From contig JACPNJ010000005.1 of NCBI GenBank assembly GCA_016185545.1, positions 167,754 through 231,753 on the forward strand: a stretch of 64,000 nucleotides of DNA, written 5' to 3'. Below the pieces are notes generated by a model. That model ran no database searches. It was not told the DNA's origin and saw only the letters and a program-made list of their open reading frames with translations. The position numbers and the translations under genes are program-made. This document shows positions 27,484-36,482 of this stretch, one piece after another; position 1 is the first letter of the stretch; each line of letters starts with the position of its first letter. This stretch comes from Candidatus Yanofskybacteria bacterium (GTDB taxonomy: Bacteria > Patescibacteriota > Minisyncoccia > 2-02-FULL-40-12 > IGHO2-01-FULL-4-A).

Positions 27484-28584
27484 ACGAGTCATCATTCTCA
27501 TTATATTAGCATGGTCTTCTCTGGCAATCTCGTATTTGCTTTTATTCAACTGGCTTGGATCATCCCGTACGAGACAGGTTGCGACCCTGTCGCAACCGTG
27601 CCTAGTTAGTTTATCATTATCTCCAACAGGGACACTCCGACCACCGGCCTTTTTTGTGTGTTTATTCGTCGTGTCTCGTACGGGATCATCCCTAGGAAAC
27701 ATATTGGATTTAAAACCGCATTCAACGCCCAATTGACTTAAAATCTTAAGAGTACTGTCATTGTAAGAATTGGCAGGATGGGCCATGTCCACGGGCGGCC
27801 TGCCGCAAACTCTTTGTATGTGTTCATAATTTTTTTGATACTCTTCTTGCTGTCGTTCAAAAGGAAGTTCGGCAAGCATCATGGGGTGTGAATATGAATG
27901 CAGTCCGATTACATGGCCTTGCCTATTTAAGTAAGCAAGGTTTTCATTTGACATCCATATGTTTTTAGAAAGATCGGCCAAATTCAACCCTTGGTCTTGA
28001 ATAATCGCATCCATAATTATTTCAAATTCCTCACGGCTTAACACGCGATCCCTAATCAAACGAAAGCGCATGTCATTGGTTGAGTAAAACGGGAAAGTCT
28101 TGGAATACCTTACCATATCGGTCTCTTCTAAAACTTTCCTGGCATTATTTCCAAATTTTGATTGAAAAATTTTATCAAAAAAAATATTGTAAAAGTCATC
28201 AATATCTTTAAAAAACTTAGAGCGAAAAACCCGATAAATTTCAAATTTGCCAAGGCCGCCCTCAAATACACTGGAATAGACGAACCAAAATGCTTTTAGG
28301 TTGTACTTGTCCAAAACCGGCAAGACAACATCAAATTGACATAATAGCCCATCATCCAGGGTTATGCAAACATCCCGATTGGTTAATTGGTTCGCCCCCA
28401 ATCGCTTAAGCCATTCTTTAGGATCAAGTATCCGATCTAATCCTACAAACATAAGAATGGCTTCAAAATCCGACATTGATATCGAACCTTGCCCTTTGTA
28501 ATGTTTCCGTTCGTCATGAAAATGATGGAACATTATCCCGTGAGCAACCGAACTGAGATATTTTTTTTTAGATAATTCGCTCAA
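27457..28584 (-). CDS. polysaccharide deacetylase (NodB-homology domain); the 3' ~230 nt of the ORF reads through elements B3 and A5
   Basis: ITLDDG NodB motif and HSYSHP His motif; the frame stays open through the repeat elements, so the true C-terminus is uncertain. Confidence 0.6.
   Translation of the reverse strand: MSELSKKKYLSSVAHGIMFHHFHDERKHYKGQGSISMSDFEAILMFVGLDRILDPKEWLKRLGANQLTNRDVCITLDDGLLCQFDVVLPVLDKYNLKAFWFVYSSVFEGGLGKFEIYRVFRSKFFKDIDDFYNIFFDKIFQSKFGNNARKVLEETDMVRYSKTFPFYSTNDMRFRLIRDRVLSREEFEIIMDAIIQDQGLNLADLSKNIWMSNENLAYLNRQGHVIGLHSYSHPMMLAELPFERQQEEYQKNYEHIQRVCGRPPVDMAHPANSYNDSTLKILSQLGVECGFKSNMFPRDDPVRDTTNKHTKKAGGRSVPVGDNDKLTRHGCDRVATCLVRDDPSQLNKSKYEIAREDHANIMRMMTRPVRGTTGN
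27564..27684 (-). repeat. family B element, copy B3
   Basis: cccgtacgagaca...tgtctcgtacggg; in tandem with A5. Confidence 0.8.
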
Positions 28585-29725
28585 TTTTTTTAATATCTAA
28601 ATAATCCTCGGAAGAAAAACTTAAACCCGAGGTAATTTTTTGAAAGCCCTCGTAAAAACGCGGCTCACTGACAAGGTTATGAATATTGGCAGTTGGTACA
28701 AGAATCAACATTTCATTATTAACCCATGCTTCTTTATTGGAGTCGTTGGAACCCATAAGAGCTTCGTGCAGTTTGTCGCCGACACGATCTCCAATGTATT
28801 TTATTTTTATCACAGCCCCAGAAGACCGCTGCTTCAGTCGTGGATGATTGGGTCTTCTGGGGCTGGATTCCGCCCCACGGTCAAGCCGCCAAGCTTGACT
28901 GTGGGTGATGGTACCACGGGCTTGGCCGTGGGGCTCCATTTTTTTTCCAGAGTAATATTTTTTTATAAATATACTGGCTAGATCTCCCAAGCGGATTGAC
29001 GGCATTTTCAAAATAAAAATTTCACCGCCCGAACAAAGCTGGGCCGCTTTCAGAGTCAAACTAACGGCTTGTTTTATGGACATGAGAAAGCGGGTCGCGT
29101 CTTTGTTGGTAACATTAATCGCGCCGCTGGCTTCTACTTGTTTTACCCACATCGGCAGTACTGAACCATCGGCCCAGGCAACATTGCCGAATCTTACACA
29201 GGCAAGCTTCATTTTATCTCCCAGAAAAAAACTGGAATTTATAAAAAGCTTCTCCATCATAAGCTTGGAAGCGCCAAGCACATTTAAGGGGTTGGCAACT
29301 TTATCCGTGGAAATGGCAATAATTTTTTCAACACCGGCGTGCAAAGCCGCGTCAATAATATTATGTGAACCGACAATGTTAGTTTTCATCGCTTCTGACG
29401 GATTATACTCGCAAAACGGAACATGTTTTAAGGCGGCGGCGTGAAAAACTATGTCTACATTTTTAAAAGCAAGATGTAAACGCTCTTGGTCTCTTATGTC
29501 TCCAATCAACATCCTTAAGTTTTTTGGGTAACGAAGCGCCTCCAATAGGTGGTATTGGCGTGTTTCATTTCTGGATAAAACCCTGATCTGCTTCGGCTTG
29601 GACTTTAAAAGCTGGCGAACCAGTTCTGCGCCAATACTACCAGTGCCTCCAGTTACCAAAATGGTTTTATTTTGAAACTCGTTAATCATAGAAAACAACT
29701 TAAAAATGCAAACCTCAAATCTCAA
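28568..29725 (-). CDS. UDP-GlcNAc 4,6-dehydratase (PseB/FlaA1/CapD-like), with an in-frame 43-aa insertion
   Basis: ILVTGGTGSIG...VLSRNE...HAAALKHVP...YIGDRVGDKLHEAL; 385 aa versus ~335 for homologs. Confidence 0.75.
   Translation of the reverse strand: MRFEVCIFKLFSMINEFQNKTILVTGGTGSIGAELVRQLLKSKPKQIRVLSRNETRQYHLLEALRYPKNLRMLIGDIRDQERLHLAFKNVDIVFHAAALKHVPFCEYNPSEAMKTNIVGSHNIIDAALHAGVEKIIAISTDKVANPLNVLGASKLMMEKLFINSSFFLGDKMKLACVRFGNVAWADGSVLPMWVKQVEASGAINVTNKDATRFLMSIKQAVSLTLKAAQLCSGGEIFILKMPSIRLGDLASIFIKKYYSGKKMEPHGQARGTITHSQAWRLDRGAESSPRRPNHPRLKQRSSGAVIKIKYIGDRVGDKLHEALMGSNDSNKEAWVNNEMLILVPTANIHNLVSEPRFYEGFQKITSGLSFSSEDYLDIKKIERII
28811..28939 (-). repeat. GC-rich triple-hairpin element inserted in-frame in a coding sequence
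   Basis: 129 nt at ~62% GC versus ~40% background; stems gccccagaagacc/ggtcttctggggc, cccacggtcaagc/gcttgactgtggg, ccacgg/ccgtgg. Confidence 0.6.
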
Positions 29726-30150
29726 AATGTAATTTAAAATTCCAAACTATTTTCTGCCTTTCATGGTTAGTACGCCAGCGCCAATAATTTTAGAAATTTC
29801 TTCGGCTTCTTTAAGCAATGGGTTAATTTGATTTCTTAAATTAGGCGTACTTTCAATGAGCAAAATCAACCAATATTTTGTCTCATTAGAACTCTTAAGA
29901 GCAATCTGAAAAAATTTTAAATAATCCAATTTTGAGCTAGCGGCTCGAGCTTCGAAAACGTTGGCTCCAACTGAAGTTGCAGATCGAATCAGTTGATCGG
30001 CTATCGCCCACAAATTCCTACTTTTTCTTACTTCTCCACAAAGTTTAATTATTGCTAAAGAAAAATCAATAAGCCGTTTATTAAATTGCATTTTAAAATT
30101 TACATTTTCATTTTGCATTTTGAGATTTGAATTTTGAATTGGGTAATTTT
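29703..30150. mobile_element. inverted-repeat-bounded module carrying a four-helix-bundle (23S rRNA IVS-type) protein gene
   Basis: AT-rich inverted-repeat arms with core caaatctcaaaatg (29703-29746; 30092-30150, reverse complement) flank the ORF. Confidence 0.55.
29747..30118 (-). CDS. four-helix-bundle protein (23S rRNA intervening-sequence protein family)
   Basis: WAIADQLIRSATSVGANVFEA...YLKFFQIALKSSNETKYWL is characteristic; the first 9 codons lie in the inverted-repeat arm, so the probable start is MQFNK (~30091). Confidence 0.7.
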   Translation of the reverse strand: MQNENVNFKMQFNKRLIDFSLAIIKLCGEVRKSRNLWAIADQLIRSATSVGANVFEARAASSKLDYLKFFQIALKSSNETKYWLILLIESTPNLRNQINPLLKEAEEISKIIGAGVLTMKGRK

Positions 30151-31270
30151 AACTATACTTTTTCAGGACATTAGCAAGGGTATGTGAAATATACTTAATA
30201 TCTTTCTCTTTCAATCCTATATAAAAAGGCAGGGCCAGCGACGACTGACTGACCGCTTCCGAAACAGGAAAGTCCCCTTCTTTGAAACCAAATTTGTCTT
30301 TATAAAAACTGAACAGGTGAATAGACGGCAAATATGGCTTAGTGCTTATTCCTATTTTTTGTAAATCTTCTATAACTCGGTTTCTATCGGTTTTCTTATT
30401 TTTTATCTTTATCACATACACAAACCAGGTAGGATTATTACCTTCGGCTATCTTTGGGGCCTCTACAAGACCAGAAAACGTCTCTAAATGCTTGCTATAC
30501 CAGCCAGCGAGCGCTTGTCTATGTTTTATCATAAAATCGAGCTTCTGCAATTGGGCAGTACCCAAAGCCGCACTCATTTCGTCCATTCTATAATTATATC
30601 CAAGATACTGATGGTCTAACCATTGCATATTCTCGGCTCGACCCTGATTGCGCAAGCTCGCACAAAGCTCATATATTTTCCTGTTGTTTGTTACGACCAT
30701 CCCGCCTTCAGCTGTGGTTATTTGCTTATTGGGGTAGAAAGCAAAAACAGCCGATTCGCCAAAAGTGCCGACCTTTTTCCCCTTATATTCAGCACAAATG
30801 CTTTCGCAGGCATCTTCAATTATTTTAAGTTTATGTTTTTTGGCAATTTTAATTATCGGGTCCATGTCCACCGCCTGGCCGAAAATATGGACTACCAAAA
30901 TGGCTTTTGTTCTTTTAGTAAGACGTTTCTCAATTTCGGCCGGTTCCATGTTATAAGTAACAGGGTCTATATCAACAAAAACCGGCTTCGCGCCGACATA
31001 CAAAATACAATTTGCTGACGCAATAAAAGAAAATGGGGTAGTTATCACTTCGTCGCCTGGACCGATACCAGCAGCGATCATTGCTAGATGCAGACCGGCC
31101 GTACCGCTTGATACGGCACAGGCGTATTTTGTGCCGATTTTTCTGGCAAACAACATTTCAAATTCTTTATACTTGGGGCCTAAGCTTAAATTTCCAGAAC
31201 GCAAAACTTCGAGAACTGTTCGTTCTTCTGATTTCGTTATGTAAGGTTTTGCCAGTTGATATTTAGACAT
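30149..31270 (-). CDS. DegT/DnrJ/EryC1/StrS-family PLP-dependent sugar aminotransferase
   Basis: AFYPNKQITTAEGGMVVTN (Lys/PLP motif); 373 aa. Confidence 0.8.
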   Translation of the reverse strand: MSKYQLAKPYITKSEERTVLEVLRSGNLSLGPKYKEFEMLFARKIGTKYACAVSSGTAGLHLAMIAAGIGPGDEVITTPFSFIASANCILYVGAKPVFVDIDPVTYNMEPAEIEKRLTKRTKAILVVHIFGQAVDMDPIIKIAKKHKLKIIEDACESICAEYKGKKVGTFGESAVFAFYPNKQITTAEGGMVVTNNRKIYELCASLRNQGRAENMQWLDHQYLGYNYRMDEMSAALGTAQLQKLDFMIKHRQALAGWYSKHLETFSGLVEAPKIAEGNNPTWFVYVIKIKNKKTDRNRVIEDLQKIGISTKPYLPSIHLFSFYKDKFGFKEGDFPVSEAVSQSSLALPFYIGLKEKDIKYISHTLANVLKKYS

Positions 31271-31303
31271 TTTGATATTTAAAAACCCAACTAAAAAGTC
31301 GGG

Positions 31304-31705
31304 TTATTTTAATTTACTCACTATCTTGGCCGGACATCCGAAAGCAATAACGTTTGGGGGTAAATTCTTGGTAACTAAACTGCATGCCCCAACGGTCGTA
31401 TTTCTTCCAACCCTTACTCCGGGCAATACGACACTATGGGCCCCGATTCTGCAACCTTCTTCCAACACGACTCTTCCCCTTTTCCCGTCTATTGTTGACA
31501 CTGAATATATATGGCAACCGCCACCGATCTCAACCCGATCTCCTATCTCAACCCCAGCCTGAGCGTTGATATAGGTAAAAGCCCCGATGTCAGTCTCTTT
31601 GCCCAATTTTAAGCCGGAAAGACCCTGAACCATCCAATTCCATTTAGTTAACTTGCCTTCTTTAATTATCGGTTTTTTCCAATTTTTAAATCTTTGTTTT
31701 GCCAT
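31304..31705 (-). CDS. left-handed beta-helix (hexapeptide) N-acetyltransferase (PglD/NeuD/LegH-like)
   Basis: hexapeptide repeats IGDRVEIGGGCHI...IGAHSVVLPGVRVG. Confidence 0.7.
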   Translation of the reverse strand: MAKQRFKNWKKPIIKEGKLTKWNWMVQGLSGLKLGKETDIGAFTYINAQAGVEIGDRVEIGGGCHIYSVSTIDGKRGRVVLEEGCRIGAHSVVLPGVRVGRNTTVGACSLVTKNLPPNVIAFGCPAKIVSKLK

Positions 31706-31716
31706 ATACCGTCCTC

Positions 31717-32874
31717 TTAGTATGTTATTTGCTTTGTTAATAATCTGGAGTTGATATTAATATTTTCCAGTATTTTTGCAACTCTCGGACCGGTCTTGCC
31801 ATCCCCCCAAGGATTTTTAATTTTCTTGAGCCGCTTTAAATATGCTTGATCATTAATAGATTTATAAACGGCTTTTTCTATTTCTTTCTTGTTATAGCCA
31901 ACGTCAATAACATTGGCACCGCGTTGCCGTCCCGTCTGACGAGTACCGACATTCACCACCGGGGTTTGGAAAGAAGACGACTCTATTATAGCGCCGCTTG
32001 AATTCCCCACCCAAACCGCGGTTTCCCGTTCCAGAGCAAGAAATTGCTTGTATTCCAAACTTGGAAATATATGAAAAAGCGGATTGTTTTTTTCTTTTTC
32101 TATGACACTTATAATTTTTCTGCCGCCGGCATCAGCGTGGGGATAAGTTATCACAACAGGCAAATTGAATTTTTTTACTGCCGCCAAGGTTTCTTCCATC
32201 TGCAGACCGGCGTTTTCTACTTCTTCGCTGACGGGGTGCTGAGTCACCAAAATAACATTCTTGCTTGGATCAAGATTCAATTTTTTAAAAAATTCCTTTT
32301 TTGTCGGCAGTTTCTCATTTAATATTACGTCCAATGCCGGCGCGCCCACAATATGGATTCTCCATTTTTCCTCGCCCATTTTTTGAATACGGTCAGCCGA
32401 TTCTTGAATCGCCGGAAAATGAATATGTGATAATTTCGTAATGGCGTGGCGGGCCAGCTCATCAACGGTGGAAGTTTTGTCGCCTCCATGAACATGGCCG
32501 GTGGGAATTCCAAGGTATAAGCAAGCCATGGCCGTGCAAAGCATCTCCGGCCTATCACCAAGAGTCAAAACAAAATCAGGCCTATTTTTGCTAAAAGCCC
32601 CTACCAATCTACTTAAAAAAACGCCTGTAAATTTCGTCATGCCCGGTCTGTCACCTGTTTCAAATCTTGCTTCTATATTTATTGCATTGGGAAATTCTTT
32701 TCTGACATACTGCACTGTTTCTCCAAATTCCGGCATCAGATGAGTCCCCGCGGCATAAACTTGTAAATCAAGCTGCTTGCTTCGGCTAATGGCCTTGAGT
32801 ATTGGGGTCATCAATCCAAAATCAGCGCGAGTACCGGATATATATGCAATTTTTTTCTTATTTTTTAAAATCAT
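31717..32874 (-). CDS. neuC: UDP-N-acetylglucosamine 2-epimerase (hydrolysing), NeuC/LegG-like
   Basis: YISGTRADFG...HVHGGD signature. Confidence 0.8.
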   Translation of the reverse strand: MILKNKKKIAYISGTRADFGLMTPILKAISRSKQLDLQVYAAGTHLMPEFGETVQYVRKEFPNAINIEARFETGDRPGMTKFTGVFLSRLVGAFSKNRPDFVLTLGDRPEMLCTAMACLYLGIPTGHVHGGDKTSTVDELARHAITKLSHIHFPAIQESADRIQKMGEEKWRIHIVGAPALDVILNEKLPTKKEFFKKLNLDPSKNVILVTQHPVSEEVENAGLQMEETLAAVKKFNLPVVITYPHADAGGRKIISVIEKEKNNPLFHIFPSLEYKQFLALERETAVWVGNSSGAIIESSSFQTPVVNVGTRQTGRQRGANVIDVGYNKKEIEKAVYKSINDQAYLKRLKKIKNPWGDGKTGPRVAKILENININSRLLTKQITY

Positions 32875-33913
32875 TTTTTGATATTAAAACATCGGCTTTT
32901 ATATCTTTTACTGCTTTACTGCCTAAAACTTTAAAATAATATTTTGGCTCAAGTCCGGTTCCAGGACGTTTTATGCCTATATTATTGGCAGTAAATAACT
33001 CCCCTCTTTTTGTATCCTTTATAGAAACAATGCTTTTTCTGGCTATGTTCCTTAATGAAAGTTCCTCTGGGGTTGGTTTTTTAACCCGAGATCCCAGTAT
33101 AGCTCCGGTATTTTTAATAGCCGAGATCATTTGACGCAGTTCTTCCGATTCAACAGAGGCATTGTGGTCGGGACCTGGCATATTTTTATCCAAGGTCATA
33201 TGCTTTTCTATTAAAACAGCACCTAGGGTAGCAGCCATAATCGGTACATTAATTCCCAAAGTGTGGTCGGAGTATCCAACTAGAACGCCGAATTTTTCTT
33301 TTAACGCGGCCATTGCCCGAAGATTTACATTTTCAGGCGGACAGGGATATTCAGTGGTGCAATGGAGGAGGATTATTTTATTGTTGCCAGTTTTTTTAAT
33401 ATGGCTTACGGCTCTTTTCACTTCTTCCGTGGTTGCCATTCCAGTGCTTATAATCATCGGCTTGCCTATTTTTGCGGCATATTCCAATACAGGAAGATTC
33501 GTCAAATCACCAGAGCCAAACTTAAAAGCCGGGACTCCTAAGTCATTAAGAAAACCAACGGATTCAAATCCTCCATGGGGAGTAGATAAAAAAATGATGC
33601 CAATTTTTTTACAATGGGCCATAATAGGTTGGTAAAATTTTTCGTTTAGTTCCAGTTTTTTGAGCATTGCCACCTGGCTTTCAATTTTTCCGATGTTTTT
33701 TATTTGGTAAGCAGCCATGGGAACGCTAGCCAGAGCTACTTGTTCGGCTTTGAAAGTTTCAAATTTTACCGCATCCGCGCCCGAATTTTTTGCGACATCA
33801 ATCAATTTAAGAGCCAGCTCAATAGAGCCATTATGATTAACCCCGGCTTCAGCAATAACAAAAACCGGTTTATTAAAACCGACTTCTTTATTTCCGATTT
33901 TTATCGTCTCCAT
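32858..33913 (-). CDS. neuB: N-acetylneuraminate-synthase-family nonulosonic acid synthase (NeuB/LegI/PseI) with a C-terminal SAF domain
   Basis: VFVIAEAGVNHNGS...DAVKFE. Confidence 0.85.
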   Translation of the reverse strand: METIKIGNKEVGFNKPVFVIAEAGVNHNGSIELALKLIDVAKNSGADAVKFETFKAEQVALASVPMAAYQIKNIGKIESQVAMLKKLELNEKFYQPIMAHCKKIGIIFLSTPHGGFESVGFLNDLGVPAFKFGSGDLTNLPVLEYAAKIGKPMIISTGMATTEEVKRAVSHIKKTGNNKIILLHCTTEYPCPPENVNLRAMAALKEKFGVLVGYSDHTLGINVPIMAATLGAVLIEKHMTLDKNMPGPDHNASVESEELRQMISAIKNTGAILGSRVKKPTPEELSLRNIARKSIVSIKDTKRGELFTANNIGIKRPGTGLEPKYYFKVLGSKAVKDIKADVLISKNDFKK

Positions 33914-33955
33914 AATTACCGATTACCAATTACTGATTACTAATTACCGGTTCCC
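33914..33955. repeat. array of five (N)ATTAC(C/T) heptamer direct repeats in the SDR-neuB intergenic spacer
   Basis: attacc-g-attacc-a-attact-g-attact-a-attacc. Confidence 0.5.
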
Positions 33956-34738
33956 CTATATCGTCCACCCGCCGTCAACGACAATATTCTGGCCGGTAAT
34001 ATAAGCGGAAGCATCGGATAACAAAAACAGCAGCGCTCCGGCAACATCTTCCTGTTTGGCCATGCGGCGCGGCGCCAATTTGACTTTCCCAACATATCTT
34101 TTTACAAACGATTCCGGCTGATTATCAAACACCCCCCCGGGAGATATGGCGTTAACCCGGATGCCGTGCGGCCCCAAGTAAGACGCAAGATATCTAGCCA
34201 GGTTGACGATGCCGCCCTTTATTGCCGCGTATTCCACCGGCATGGTCATATGCGTCCCTTCGTAAATTTCAAATTTAGGAGCGGCTATTCCATAGATTGA
34301 GCCCATCAATACGATACTGCCTCCCTTTTGTTCTTTCATTGTCCGCGACACTTCCTTGGTCATCAGGAAATATCCCCCCAAATGAGTTGACAGGTTGTCG
34401 CAAAAATCCTCATAAGTCACATCTTCAAACTTTCTCCCATAATTTTTGTTTCTGGGATAAGCGCAATTTACCAGAGCATCAATTCTTCTAAATTTTTTGA
34501 GAATATTTTTAATGGCTCTTTTAACGCTCGCCGGTTTGGTAATGTCGCATTGCTGAAATAAAATATTTTTATTTTTGGTATCACGGACAAGGCGGCCAGC
34601 GAGATTTTTGCCCGTTTTAGGATTGGTATCAATGATAACCACCTTGGCCCCGTTTTCGGCGCAAGCTCTGCAAAAAGCCGAGCCAATTAGACCGGCCCCG
34701 CCGGTAATAACACAAACTTTCCTCGCGATATTAAACAT
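33956..34738 (-). CDS. short-chain dehydrogenase/reductase
   Basis: VITGGAGLIGSA Rossmann motif. Confidence 0.7.
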   Translation of the reverse strand: MFNIARKVCVITGGAGLIGSAFCRACAENGAKVVIIDTNPKTGKNLAGRLVRDTKNKNILFQQCDITKPASVKRAIKNILKKFRRIDALVNCAYPRNKNYGRKFEDVTYEDFCDNLSTHLGGYFLMTKEVSRTMKEQKGGSIVLMGSIYGIAAPKFEIYEGTHMTMPVEYAAIKGGIVNLARYLASYLGPHGIRVNAISPGGVFDNQPESFVKRYVGKVKLAPRRMAKQEDVAGALLFLLSDASAYITGQNIVVDGGWTI

Positions 34739-35678
34739 TGTTTTGTTTTAACGCTAGGGCATTTTTCAAATCCCCTAGCGCCTCGTTAAAATTACTATGC
34801 TTCACGCGTTTTAAAACTTTTTTAATAAAAAACGATAGCTCGTTAAGATACATTTTATTTCCGTCAACTTTAACATTTATAAACGATTCTCTTTTCGGCA
34901 ATCTTACGGCTATTTCGTTTTTTAAACTGTCCCAAGTGGCTGTTCCCTTGTCTCCGATTATTTCGCAGTATCTCCGACCCGGATATCGAAGGTAATCTTG
35001 GTGAATTGAAACCACGGTTCCTGTTTTTGACTCAAATACTCCTTCGGCTATATCCTCCGATTTTATATTAAACATTCCCGCTCTTTTTACCAGTCCGGCT
35101 TTAAATTTTATATTTTCATCAATCAGCCAAGCCGGATAATTTATTTCGTGAATCAGGTCCAGCACTACGCCTCCGCCCCTTTGGGCATCATACGAATATA
35201 TTTTTTTATAATCTCTTTTTCGCCAAGTCCTTAAATCTTGGCCGACTGAAGCTCTTATAAAAACCGGCCGGCCGATTATTTTCTTTTTTATTATCTTTTT
35301 TAATTCAATAATCGGTTTATGAAACTGGAGGCAATAGCCGACAAAAAATACCGGCGTCCTGCTTAGAAGTTTTTTTATTTCATTTGCTTTTTTCAAATTA
35401 TGAAATAGCGGTTTCTCAACAAATATTCCTTTTGGCTTTTGCTTTAGGCATTTAATTATCGCGTCAGCGTGTTTGTATGTTTCATTGGTTATGAAAAATA
35501 CATCGGCCGTATTTTTGAAAAATTCATTTTCTGATTTAAAAATTTCGTCCTTTAAAAATAAATCAGTCCTTTTGGTTAGAATTTTAACCTTGACCCTTGG
35601 ATAGAGTTTTTTAATATTCCGGTAATGCCTTCCACCGATTGAACCGAATCCAATTATGCCAATAGTTTTTATCATCAT
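34731..35678 (-). CDS. Gfo/Idh/MocA-family oxidoreductase
   Basis: N-terminal IGIIGFGSIGGRH NAD-binding motif. Confidence 0.7.
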   Translation of the reverse strand: MMIKTIGIIGFGSIGGRHYRNIKKLYPRVKVKILTKRTDLFLKDEIFKSENEFFKNTADVFFITNETYKHADAIIKCLKQKPKGIFVEKPLFHNLKKANEIKKLLSRTPVFFVGYCLQFHKPIIELKKIIKKKIIGRPVFIRASVGQDLRTWRKRDYKKIYSYDAQRGGGVVLDLIHEINYPAWLIDENIKFKAGLVKRAGMFNIKSEDIAEGVFESKTGTVVSIHQDYLRYPGRRYCEIIGDKGTATWDSLKNEIAVRLPKRESFINVKVDGNKMYLNELSFFIKKVLKRVKHSNFNEALGDLKNALALKQNNV

Positions 35679-35680
35679 CT

Positions 35681-35768
35681 AAATTCAAAAAGCAAATCTC
35701 AAATCTCAAAATCTAATTTATAATTAAAAACTTTCATTTTGGATTTTGAGATTGAAATTTTGAATTTT
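35681..35768. repeat. 'caaatctcaaaat' AT-rich palindromic hairpin (empty copy of the 4HB-module inverted repeat)
   Basis: gcaaatctcaaatctcaaaatc ... gattttgagattg. Confidence 0.65.
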
Positions 35769-36476
35769 TTTCTCTATTTTCTTTTTGTGGGCAAATATAG
35801 TTTCCGCCAAAATCCAATCTTCTATGCCGTCCAAATCAATTGAGCGCCATTTCGGACAGACAACGCCGCGGGTATCGGCATTAATAAATTTTCTGGTTTT
35901 TATAAATTCATTGATTCTTATCATATAGACCATACAGCCATTGAGCAAATAACCGGCGGGCCAAACCTGCCTATTGGTGCTTTCTTTTTCAATTTTATTT
36001 GCCAAAATTAATTTGCCTTGGTCATCTAAATGATAAAGACGCGGATGCGTGTCACATATTGTACAGACGGATCTGACCTTGGAATCTAGCATCCGTTTCC
36101 AGCATTTTTTGATATCGGATATTTCTCTCAATGGCGAAGTTGTTTGTAAAAGAGTTATTATATCCGGCTCATAACCATCCTCTTCTTTTAGTCTTTTAAG
36201 TAGAAGTAAAACGGCGTCAACGACAGGCGATTTATCACCAGCCAACTCCTTGGGCCTTAAAAACGGCACCTCGGCGCCGTATTTTCTGGCCACTGCGGCG
36301 ATTTTCTCATCTTCTGTATCTACAACAATCCTATCAAACAAGCCGGTTTCCCTGGCTTGCTCTATGGCATGTGCAATTAGCGGTTTACCATGAAAAATTT
36401 TGATATTCTTGCCGGGTATGCCTTTAGACCCGCCTCTGGCCGGAATAATGGCTAAATTTTTTATTGATTTTTGCAT
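35724..36476 (-). CDS. neuA: acylneuraminate cytidylyltransferase (CMP-nonulosonic acid synthetase, NeuA/LegF/PseF-like)
   Basis: AIIPARGGSKGIPGKNI...TSPLR; the last ~14 codons are encoded by the palindromic repeat. Confidence 0.8.
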   Translation of the reverse strand: MQKSIKNLAIIPARGGSKGIPGKNIKIFHGKPLIAHAIEQARETGLFDRIVVDTEDEKIAAVARKYGAEVPFLRPKELAGDKSPVVDAVLLLLKRLKEEDGYEPDIITLLQTTSPLREISDIKKCWKRMLDSKVRSVCTICDTHPRLYHLDDQGKLILANKIEKESTNRQVWPAGYLLNGCMVYMIRINEFIKTRKFINADTRGVVCPKWRSIDLDGIEDWILAETIFAHKKKIEKKIQNFNLKIQNESF

Positions 36477-36482
36477 AGCTAA

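Noticed and set aside
27457-27700. C-terminal 76 residues of the deacetylase ORF as genuine protein sequence
   Set aside because: These residues are encoded entirely by the A5 and B3 repeat elements and an inter-element spacer. Treated as read-through or loss of the native stop rather than a conserved domain.
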